IMG/VR virus record: IMGVR_UViG_3300005805_000288
Location: 1-31,927 of that record
Direction: 5' to 3' (one strand)
Origin: a virus
Lineage: Duplodnaviria; Caudoviricetes
Length of the DNA stretch: 31,927 nt
Shown: one piece after another, positions 9,046 to 16,176 of the stretch
Position numbering within the stretch: the stretch's first letter is position 1
Layout of the letters: every line of letters begins with the position of its first letter
Position numbers and translations under genes: made by a program
Notes under the pieces: model-generated
What the model saw: the letters and a program-made list of their open reading frames with translations, nothing else
What the model was told of the DNA's origin: nothing
The model's database searches: none

Positions 9046-9782
9046 CGCCGCCCTCCTAACTCCTCATCGAACCAGGAAGGCAGGATTGGCTCGTACTGAT
9101 TTGAGGGCGACTGCATCGTCACTTGAGGCGGAGGCTGTGGGAGGCCCAACATCTCGAGCAATGCCGGATCAAGCATTACGGGCTCTGCAACGGGTTGCTG
9201 TACAGGCCCTGCTTGAGGCGCCATCGTCGGCTGCGGTTGCGCCTGCTCGTTCCACCAACTTGGCAGGATCACCTCTACGTCGTTAGCTTCAAACGCCTGT
9301 TCTGGGGCCATTGGAATAACAACATTCTCCCTCGCGCCAGAGAAGTTGTCGTAGACAGGCTCTCTATCGCCAAATGACGAGAATGAGTCGCTTTGAAAAC
9401 CTCCGAAGAAATCGAATGGCTCAATCGCGTCAACGGGCTCAGCGAAATTTGGATTGCGCCTAAAATCGCCAGGGTCGCGTGGTTCGCCATTAATAGGGCG
9501 GCCGTAGGGCGGCTCGCCATCGGGCGGCGGAAGCGACTTTCCTGGCGGCAATCGAAAGCGCGGAGGAAGCGTTGCAGGCGGAGGCGGCGACGGAGTTGGA
9601 GCCGGAGCTGGCGCCGGCGCTGGGGTAGGCGCCGTTCTTTTCACAGGCATCACCAACGCGCCTTGGTTTTTCATCCAAGGAAGATTGATGGCTTGCGTTG
9701 CACCCGGCATAACCGCGCCGTTTCTGGGCGTCGCCGCGCGGAGCGCTGCAATTAACGAATTTGAAGCTGCTGGCTCGGCCAT
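9042..9782 (-). CDS. Proline-rich, probably disordered hypothetical protein (246 aa)
   Basis: Coupled on both sides (TAATG with the upstream gene, GTGA with the downstream gene); PAPAPAP tract, acidic C-terminal half. Confidence 0.6.
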   Translation of the reverse strand: MAEPAASNSLIAALRAATPRNGAVMPGATQAINLPWMKNQGALVMPVKRTAPTPAPAPAPAPTPSPPPPATLPPRFRLPPGKSLPPPDGEPPYGRPINGEPRDPGDFRRNPNFAEPVDAIEPFDFFGGFQSDSFSSFGDREPVYDNFSGARENVVIPMAPEQAFEANDVEVILPSWWNEQAQPQPTMAPQAGPVQQPVAEPVMLDPALLEMLGLPQPPPQVTMQSPSNQYEPILPSWFDEELGGRR

Positions 9783-11380
9783 TACATCACCCCGCCCACT
9801 TCGCTAAGAACGTGAAAGCTTGCAAAAATCGTTGACCCTCCAAGCCCTCGAACCCGCATTCGCAAAGAACCGTAATATCCAAGGCCCGTAACGCCGATCC
9901 ATGTTTCGTATGTATTAGACGAGGAGGCCCATCGAGCTAAGTTCCATTCAGAGTCATCCCATTCAGGGCGACTTTCTGATGTAAAAGACGGCGCGCCTGC
10001 GACGTTTCCGAATGAATACTGAGTGTTAAGGCGCAGCTTGATTGACGGTGGTTGCCGAGCGATAAATACCGGCCGCACCATACTGAAGCGTTTGAGCTGC
10101 CCCGGCGTGTTAAACGCGTTGAAGCACGTTTGCACCTCGCCATCGACGGCTTGTCCGCCAGTGCCATCAGTTGCGACTTGATCGAGCTCACCAAAAAAGC
10201 CTTTTGCTACCGCGTAGTCGTCTGTCGAGAAGTAAAACTGACCATTCAGCATTGCCGTCGCCGTCATCGGCATACCACTCAAATTGCACCACGCGCCAGT
10301 GTTGATGTTCATGGCGTACTGTTCGTAGGTGCCGTCGAGCGGTGGCAGCTTAATTACCAACACGTCGCTATTCGGAACGAGGTAAATGTCCCATGCGATT
10401 TGATCGCGCAGCTTTGAAATAATCGGAGACAGCACCGACTGAATTTTCTGCGCCGGGCCAGGCTGAATCTCACTGAACTGCCCATTGATCAGACGTGACA
10501 CCGGCACAATGCCAAGCTCCGAAAGCAACATGACGTCGCCGCCGTAGTTCGTAAAGAATCTTCCGTACTTCGGAACCGGACCGACGTACCAGACGCCTTT
10601 CATTCCAAACTTGTCTGGGTCCGAAGGGTCCGTTCCTTGCCACACCGACACGTCGCCTTGGGACCCAACAACGACCAGGTAGTCGTCAATTCCAAGACCG
10701 GCATCGAGCGTCCAGTTGACCAAGCCACGAACGTATCCGCCATTGCGGAGCGTCCCGCCCATCGGAAACTCTACTGCTGTGCCGGTGATCGCGTTTGCGG
10801 TGTCAAGATACCAAACGCTGGCGCTGTCTTTAATGGTGAACCAAACCCTGTTCTTCCACACCGCAACCGAGGTTGGGTCTGCGGGCAGGTTGGTCGGCGT
10901 CTGTTGGGTCCAAGTCGCGCCGTCATACGTCCAGTAGCCCGCGCCAGGTGATACCGCCAGCAGAAAGTTACCTGCGACGGTTGAGAACTGCGTCGTATTC
11001 CATAGGTCGTCGTCGCTACCCGTCGCCGCCTGAGACACCGTTGGCGCAACGCCTTCAGCAGTTGCGTCGTAAATATCCCCGGCTGCCGCCGCAAACAGCT
11101 TACTGTTTGCCGGGTCTGGAGCGTTATAGGAAAACAGAGACTTTATGTCTTCCTCGTCCTCGAGCACTGCGGTGTGATACTTCCACCCCTTGCGCAACTC
11201 GGCGCCCGTTTGTTTTGGGATAAAGTTGCGCATCACCAACGCGTCAACAAGCGACATGTTGCTGATTGGGTCGCGGTAATTAAGACCGCCAACCGGCGCC
11301 GGAGCGACGATGAGCTGCGACACCTGCGCAGCTGCTGCAATGCGCGGCGTTTTGAACGGCTTGACTGCAACGAGCGGCAC
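9782..11380 (-). CDS. Tail nozzle / packaged-DNA stabilization protein (P22 gp10 / T7 gp12-like beta-propeller, 532 aa)
   Basis: PAPVGGLN N-terminus, beta-propeller-like repeats, size, and position directly after the adaptor. Confidence 0.8.
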   Translation of the reverse strand: MPLVAVKPFKTPRIAAAAQVSQLIVAPAPVGGLNYRDPISNMSLVDALVMRNFIPKQTGAELRKGWKYHTAVLEDEEDIKSLFSYNAPDPANSKLFAAAAGDIYDATAEGVAPTVSQAATGSDDDLWNTTQFSTVAGNFLLAVSPGAGYWTYDGATWTQQTPTNLPADPTSVAVWKNRVWFTIKDSASVWYLDTANAITGTAVEFPMGGTLRNGGYVRGLVNWTLDAGLGIDDYLVVVGSQGDVSVWQGTDPSDPDKFGMKGVWYVGPVPKYGRFFTNYGGDVMLLSELGIVPVSRLINGQFSEIQPGPAQKIQSVLSPIISKLRDQIAWDIYLVPNSDVLVIKLPPLDGTYEQYAMNINTGAWCNLSGMPMTATAMLNGQFYFSTDDYAVAKGFFGELDQVATDGTGGQAVDGEVQTCFNAFNTPGQLKRFSMVRPVFIARQPPSIKLRLNTQYSFGNVAGAPSFTSESRPEWDDSEWNLARWASSSNTYETWIGVTGLGYYGSLRMRVRGLGGSTIFASFHVLSEVGGVM

Positions 11381-12135
11381 TAGCCGACGCCTCCAAACCC
11401 GGTGTCAGGCGTGTTTGTCAACGGCTGGATATACGGGAAACGGTACGAACGCACCATCGTCAACACGTTGGCGCCCTTCTCGTTACCCTTTCGGTTTTCG
11501 TAATTGACCTGGAAGTCGCGCATGGCAGCGCTGCTGTCCAAGCCCTTCATTTCAAGCCATTTGGTTCGCGCAAGCAGCGTGACCAAGTAAGAATCCAAAA
11601 GAATCGTGTCGCCGTTTTTTGTGGCGCGATTCTTGTACAGGTCTGGGTTGTCCTGGTCGCGCACCCATGCAACCGACTGGTAGTAAAACGAGAGGGTTTG
11701 GGCGGCTGTGGGTGGCGACAGGATATAAAGCTTGTTGTCGCGAACTTGCCAATAAAACGACAACGTCGGCAGCGTCTGCCGAATAAGCAATTGCTGCCAG
11801 AACTGCGGCGAGATCGGGCCGATTGCCGGCCACTGCTCGCTCGAGTTCCACTGCGTCTGATCAACAAATTCGTAGAAGTCTTCTGGGAGCGCAAACGATT
11901 TTTCGCTCTGCCCAGGAGAATCTGCCGCAATGCTAATCGTGTGAACCTTGGTCAGCTCCTGCCAATCATTCATTGACAGCAGATCGTATCCAGCAAGATT
12001 CACCGCCTGCACCATTTGTTGCACAGACGCATCCGGCGATCCCGCCGGGTCGGATGGAGTCGGATAGCTTACCAGCGCGGCGACGTTCTGGACGATTGCC
12101 GACAGCGTCGACTCGTTAATAATCTGGTAAGCCAT
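11380..12135 (-). CDS. Head-tail adaptor / tail tubular protein A-like (251 aa)
   Basis: WQEL...FALPEDF motif, size, and position upstream of the nozzle gene. Confidence 0.75.
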   Translation of the reverse strand: MAYQIINESTLSAIVQNVAALVSYPTPSDPAGSPDASVQQMVQAVNLAGYDLLSMNDWQELTKVHTISIAADSPGQSEKSFALPEDFYEFVDQTQWNSSEQWPAIGPISPQFWQQLLIRQTLPTLSFYWQVRDNKLYILSPPTAAQTLSFYYQSVAWVRDQDNPDLYKNRATKNGDTILLDSYLVTLLARTKWLEMKGLDSSAAMRDFQVNYENRKGNEKGANVLTMVRSYRFPYIQPLTNTPDTGFGGVG

Positions 12136-12144
12136 TCGCTTCTC

Positions 12145-12753
12145 TTACTCCTCGATGACTGCCTTCTTTTTAGAGCTCATCATCTTTGTAATCGCCTCAA
12201 TCTGCGCCTGCAGCTCTTCAATCTTTGCGTCGCGAGACTTCAGTTCCTCGTTCATCTTTTCAAGCGGCGCGTTACCCTTTGCAAGTTCGATAAACGCTTT
12301 TGCTGAGCGCTTGTCTTCTTGGAAACCAAAGAACTTGGCACCGACGTTGTCGTTGGCTTCTGCCAACTGCTCAACCGTGTGAATGCCAAAGTATTTGTAT
12401 TCCTCAACCTTGGTCGGCGTCATCTTTGGCAACGACGATAGCGGAGTGCCTTCGACGACGTTGCCAGCTCCTGCCAACCATTTCTGGTATCGATCCGCAA
12501 AGCGTCTGCGATCAATCTCATCAACCGGGCGATCAATAATGCTGAGCTTGTCGCCAGGCACCATAATTTTGATGCAATCAATCTCCTCGTAAATCGCGCG
12601 CCCAGCCTCACGACTTTTGCCAGGATGCAATTTCGGCGTGCGATAAAACTGCACATACAACTTGTCGTCGTTGACGAACCGAGACTCATCGAGCCCAGGC
12701 GCGTCGGGCACGACTGCCCAATCTGTCGGCAATGTGGCGGTGTTCACTTGCAT
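12145..12753 (-). CDS. Conserved phage head-region protein (202 aa) with C-terminal coiled coil
   Basis: LYVQFY...PGDK...GTPL...IHTVEQLA pattern recurrent in capsid modules of this phage type; AAGGA SD. Confidence 0.7.
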   Translation of the reverse strand: MQVNTATLPTDWAVVPDAPGLDESRFVNDDKLYVQFYRTPKLHPGKSREAGRAIYEEIDCIKIMVPGDKLSIIDRPVDEIDRRRFADRYQKWLAGAGNVVEGTPLSSLPKMTPTKVEEYKYFGIHTVEQLAEANDNVGAKFFGFQEDKRSAKAFIELAKGNAPLEKMNEELKSRDAKIEELQAQIEAITKMMSSKKKAVIEE

Positions 12754-12780
12754 GGAATTTTCCTTATGTTGTGGTTGATC

Positions 12781-12807
12781 AAAAGAGTCGCGGGGCCGAA
12801 GCCCCGC
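12781..12807 (-). terminator. Intrinsic terminator after the decoration gene
   Basis: Minus strand reads GCGGGGC-TTCG-GCCCCGC (cUUCGg tetraloop) followed by GACTCTTTT. Confidence 0.75.
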
Positions 12808-12811
12808 ACCC

Positions 12812-13252
12812 TTACGCGTTGGTTTCGACCTTCAAGTCGGCAGTCGTACCGGACGCACCGATACGCCAACCGCTGATAGACGCACCATCCGCGCCGCTGG
12901 GATTGACGCCCTGCGTCGCGGCACCGAGACCCTGAGAGGCCGCGGTATCAAGCACCGTCTTGGCGTTGGCCGAGACGGCTGCGCTGTAGCCCACGGTGTA
13001 GAACGTCGCAGACGCCACAGCAGAGTCGTCGTTGCCGTTGCTTGTCGCGTAGGCACGCACCGTCTCTGTGTCGCCCGAAGCAGCCGGGAGCGTCACCGCG
13101 CCCGAGTACGTTGTCCAACCCGTGTTAGCGGATGTCGTGCCGTAGGTGTATCGAATGGTCGCGCCCTCAGTCGCACACGCAATGGTGAACGTCGAGTCCG
13201 GTGCCACCTGTCCACCGTTAGGCGAGAAAGTCGGCGTTGCAGTTGTTGGCAT
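12812..13252 (-). CDS. Capsid decoration protein with Fn3-associated / chitobiase C-terminal Ig-like domain (146 aa)
   Basis: TATPTFSPNGG...TIACATEGATIRYT...YSGAVTL...TVRAYA...DSAVASATF is the typical Fn3_assoc/CHB_HEX_C pattern. Lies directly after the capsid gene; TAAGGAG SD. Confidence 0.75.
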   Translation of the reverse strand: MPTTATPTFSPNGGQVAPDSTFTIACATEGATIRYTYGTTSANTGWTTYSGAVTLPAASGDTETVRAYATSNGNDDSAVASATFYTVGYSAAVSANAKTVLDTAASQGLGAATQGVNPSGADGASISGWRIGASGTTADLKVETNA

Positions 13253-13266
13253 GGTCGTTACTCCTT

Positions 13267-13322
13267 AAAAAATGCCTTGGCAGGAAGGGGTTCACCCAAC
13301 CTACCAAGGCAAGGTGAACCCC
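13267..13322 (-). other. Interleaved double-stem RNA element followed by a U-tract (terminator or switch)
   Basis: mRNA GGGGUUCACC pairs with GGUGAACCCC (10 bp); UGCCUUGGUAGG pairs with CCUGCCAAGGCA (12 bp, one G-U). Followed by UUUUUU. Confidence 0.65.
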
Positions 13323-13336
13323 CACCACGGGGCCAA

Positions 13337-14314
13337 TTAGTTCTGGATACGACCCTGGAACTGCGCACCGCTGCAGGTCAAATTTCCGGCGAAAGCCAAA
13401 ATTTGAACCTCGGCATCCTGGTTAATCGCGTACCGACGATTCGGTGCGAGAGCAACCATGTTTCGGTCTCGATGCGGACGCAGGAAGATGTACTTCGTGT
13501 TCAGCATGAAACCCGTTGCAGCCGGGCAGTAGCCACCGATACCACCGTCAAGCACGACATCCGAATCCATGAACTTCACGGTCGGGAAGCCGAGCGAGCC
13601 GGTCGCCGGGTCAGTAAAGCGCTGCTGCGCCTGGAGCGACGCCATGTAGTACGACCAATAGGTGTTGTCGAGAACAACCAAGTCAGGTCGATCCGCGCCA
13701 CGCACGAGCGACGCCCAGAGCGTGTTGAGGCCAGCCTGAATCGTTGTGCTGCTCGGCGTCACGCTCTGCGCTGAGAAGTCGTACAACTTCGAGCGCCAGA
13801 ACGACCACGTCGCACGGTCGATGCCACCGTAGGTGCCGGTGTTGGGGTTAGACGGCACGGCGGCGTTAAGCCCCGTGATTTCCTTACCCGAAGAACCAGT
13901 ACCGTCAGAGTAAATCGACTCAGCGAGCTTGTTCGCCATCGTCGACTCGGCGACGTTGATGCGCGCCTCGAGGAGATCGATAAACGCCTCGCGGCCGCTG
14001 TTCTGCAGCATCTCAAGACCAGACATAACAACCGGGCAAGCGAGCTGCTTGATGTTGAACTCAGCCGCCGAGATGACATCCTGCGCCGCAACCGGCAACA
14101 AGTCGTAGCCCGAATAAAAGCCGGCGTTGCCATTCTCGGCAAAGCTCAACTCTTGGAGGATGACGTTTCCGCCCCCAAAAGGCTTCACATGGCCGCGCTG
14201 GTTTAGCTTCGCGAGCAAGGCGTTGTTTTTGGTGACGTTGTCGGCGATCTGCCGCGTGCGCGACTGAATCGTAGTCGCAATGATGTCCGTAACGGACGTA
14301 TTTGCAAAAGCCAT
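13337..14314 (-). CDS. Major capsid protein (325 aa)
   Basis: Start reassigned to ATG 14314 (MAFANTSVTDIIATTIQSR) with GGGAG SD. Size, position after the scaffold, and IADNVTKNNALL...YGGIDRA motifs fit an HK97-fold podovirus capsid. Confidence 0.9.
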   Translation of the reverse strand: MAFANTSVTDIIATTIQSRTRQIADNVTKNNALLAKLNQRGHVKPFGGGNVILQELSFAENGNAGFYSGYDLLPVAAQDVISAAEFNIKQLACPVVMSGLEMLQNSGREAFIDLLEARINVAESTMANKLAESIYSDGTGSSGKEITGLNAAVPSNPNTGTYGGIDRATWSFWRSKLYDFSAQSVTPSSTTIQAGLNTLWASLVRGADRPDLVVLDNTYWSYYMASLQAQQRFTDPATGSLGFPTVKFMDSDVVLDGGIGGYCPAATGFMLNTKYIFLRPHRDRNMVALAPNRRYAINQDAEVQILAFAGNLTCSGAQFQGRIQN

Positions 14315-14490
14315 CGTTATGAAACTCCCACAACAAAAAAATGAACGGGGCTTACGCCCCACCGTTTTTCGTGTGGCCTACGCGAACCTGTTCAGTCCGG
14401 TATGTCGTAGGTGGGCGCTTGTGGCGCTCCTCGAGCTTCGGTGGCTGTCGGTGCTTTGGCACACCGGGGACGCCATCGTCCCCAATGTGC
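14315..14490 (-). promoter_or_regulatory. Structured 5' leader of the capsid gene with terminator-like hairpin
   Basis: 14-bp hairpin at 14459-14490 (two G-U pairs valid only on the minus strand), CCTACG/CGTAGG stem, and GGGGC-GTAA-GCCCC hairpin followed by T7 just before the SD. Confidence 0.6.
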
Positions 14491-14518
14491 TTATAGCATC
14501 ATCTTGTGTTTGCCGCAA
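14490..14518 (-). promoter_or_regulatory. Putative sigma70-type promoter for the capsid leader
   Basis: TTGCGG-17 nt-TATAAG with a TG extension (TGcTATAAG) spanning the scaffold stop codon. Confidence 0.4.
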
Positions 14519-15632
14519 TAGCCGCTTCAATCGCAGATCGCACACTGCTAGCGTCAGCGGCCGGGCCGGCAAGAGCGGGCGCTCCAGAAACGCTAACAGC
14601 GGCCGCTTTGGCGCGCTGCGCGGCGCCGGTCATCTGCTGCGCGCCCTTCGTTTTTGCACGTTGCTCAAGCACCGCCCTTACTCGCGGGTTAGTCAAACAC
14701 GCCTGCTTGTAAGCTTCTGAAAGGCTCAGCTCGCGGCCTCGTCGCTGAGCGACTTCGAGCAAATCGGCCATCTCCTCGCGGACGTCCTCGCCAAACTCGG
14801 CTTGCGAAAGAAACTGCTGCACCTCGCCCGCAGCCTCTTGCTGCGCACGCTGCTGCTGAGCAACCTGGGCCTGCTGAAACTGCGACATAAATTCCTGCAC
14901 CGGCGCGAGCTGTTGCTGGATGGCTTGCTGCAGCTGAGCCTGCTGGGGATTGACCCGTGGAACCTCACCGGCAAGCGCCGAATCAAGCGCCTCAATGAAC
15001 TGATTGCCAAACCGGCCGACGCCAAACTGCTTCACCATTCCAGCCATCAACTGCGCGAGCTCTGGGGCGTTGCCGGTGCGAAGTCGCGCCGCGGTGCCCA
15101 TAAGGTTGTCAATGGCCTGCAGCGGGTTGCTGTTCTCCGCCTTGATGAACATTTCGTAGGGCTGAATTACCCGATTGAGCTGGTCGGCAAACTTGCGCGC
15201 CTCGGCCGTCTCTTGCAACGTCTGCTGCACCTCACGCTCGCGGCGCGCGACTTCAGCGCGAACGGATTCGGGCAACTGCCCCCAATACTCGCGCGTCTCA
15301 GGGCGCCAAGACGCCGGGGCGCGATCCTTTGCTGCTGCGCCTTTCGGCTCAGCTTTCGGGCCCGGCGTAATGCCCTCCTGGGCGGCGGGAGCGGCGTCGG
15401 CTTGCGGCGGCGGGGCCGCCACGGCCGGCTTTGCGTCGGTGCGCTTAAATCGACCTTTTGGGTCGCGACTTTTGTCAACCTCCTGAGTGGGCTCGGCCTC
15501 GACTTTTGATTCGACAATGGGCGCCGGCTCGAGCTCTGGTGCCTCAACGACCGGCTCAATCGCGGCGTTCGTCTCGTCGTCGGCGGGTACGGCCGCCTCT
15601 AAAGCATCTCGGATCGTGGTGGGTTCTGACAT
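14499..15632 (-). CDS. Capsid scaffolding protein (377 aa)
   Basis: Acidic Pro-rich N-terminus, RDPKGRF motif, APASW...W..LP motif, Gln-rich coiled coils, terminal TIRDALEAA/SVRSAIEAA echo; directly upstream of the capsid gene. Confidence 0.8.
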   Translation of the reverse strand: MSEPTTIRDALEAAVPADDETNAAIEPVVEAPELEPAPIVESKVEAEPTQEVDKSRDPKGRFKRTDAKPAVAAPPPQADAAPAAQEGITPGPKAEPKGAAAKDRAPASWRPETREYWGQLPESVRAEVARREREVQQTLQETAEARKFADQLNRVIQPYEMFIKAENSNPLQAIDNLMGTAARLRTGNAPELAQLMAGMVKQFGVGRFGNQFIEALDSALAGEVPRVNPQQAQLQQAIQQQLAPVQEFMSQFQQAQVAQQQRAQQEAAGEVQQFLSQAEFGEDVREEMADLLEVAQRRGRELSLSEAYKQACLTNPRVRAVLEQRAKTKGAQQMTGAAQRAKAAAVSVSGAPALAGPAADASSVRSAIEAAIAANTR

Positions 15633-15637
15633 GTGGG

Positions 15638-15976
15638 TTACCTTCGGTTTTGTAGTTTCTCAATAGCGTCTCGGATGTCCTGCTTACGGACGGAGCCGCC
15701 GCGCTGCATGTAGTGCTCGCGCTCTCGCTTGGCTTTCGCCCAGGAGTCTTTGAAATCGTCGGCCGTCGCGACGCCCATCTTGCGCATGTAGTCGCGGTGC
15801 TTTTTGCGACTTGAGATATCGGCGCCGTCCGTGGCGCGCAGCCCGTCATAGTGACGGTCACCCCACAACCCGCCCATGTGGTTTAGCGCACCCTTTTTAA
15901 GCTCGCGCTCGTAGGCTCCGGTCACCTCGACCATCTCCCCGCTCTCCGGGTCGTATCTGTAGCGTCTTCGGGTCAT
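15638..15976 (-). CDS. Small basic head-module protein (112 aa)
   Basis: Likely start ATG 15976 (MTRRRYRYDPESGEMVEV); DGADISSRKKHRDYM motif resembles the small gene commonly found between portal and scaffold. Confidence 0.7.
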   Translation of the reverse strand: MTRRRYRYDPESGEMVEVTGAYERELKKGALNHMGGLWGDRHYDGLRATDGADISSRKKHRDYMRKMGVATADDFKDSWAKAKREREHYMQRGGSVRKQDIRDAIEKLQNRR

Positions 15977-15995
15977 TGTTGCTATAATCTCAACA
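15977..15995. promoter_or_regulatory. 19-bp operator-like palindrome overlapping a plus-strand extended -10 promoter
   Basis: TGTTGCTATAATCTCAACA contains TGcTATAAT (15980-15988) and matches the window-wide consensus. Confidence 0.75.
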
Positions 15996-16005
15996 GGAGG
16001 AACGT

Positions 16006-16176
16006 ATGATTTACCGTTCAAAGCTGACGAAAGCGCAGGAGCAGGTGTTCTGGCATGAGCAAAGAAAGTCGCCAGGCATTGCTATAACTGCTCGCGATCT
16101 TCAGGCTGTGAAAGAAGGGAAGAAAGTGTCGGTACAGCAGCGATTGCGGGCAAAGCGACGCCCCCCGTTTTCTTGA
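16006..16176 (+). CDS. Unannotated 56-aa basic protein, antisense to the late operon
   Basis: AGGAGG (15995-16000) lies 5 nt before ATG 16006, with an extended -10 upstream. Translates MIYRSKLTKAQEQVFWHEQRKSPGIAITARDLQAVKEGKKVSVQQRLRAKRRPPFS*; below the ORF-track size cut-off. Confidence 0.6.
   Translation: MIYRSKLTKAQEQVFWHEQRKSPGIAITARDLQAVKEGKKVSVQQRLRAKRRPPFS

Noticed and set aside
13252-13339. Capsid-Ig fusion by stop-codon readthrough or frameshift (the two genes are in frame, 84 nt apart, with a pseudoknot-like element)
   Set aside because: The in-frame spacer contains further TAG and TGA stops, a single shift of +1 or -1 cannot join the frames, and the downstream gene has its own SD.
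14314-14362. N-terminal extensions given by the ORF track for capsid (14362), portal (20271) and the 15638 gene (16021)
   Set aside because: SD position or translational coupling favours 14314 and 20220; 15976 is preferred because the extension would run through the antisense promoter and gene.
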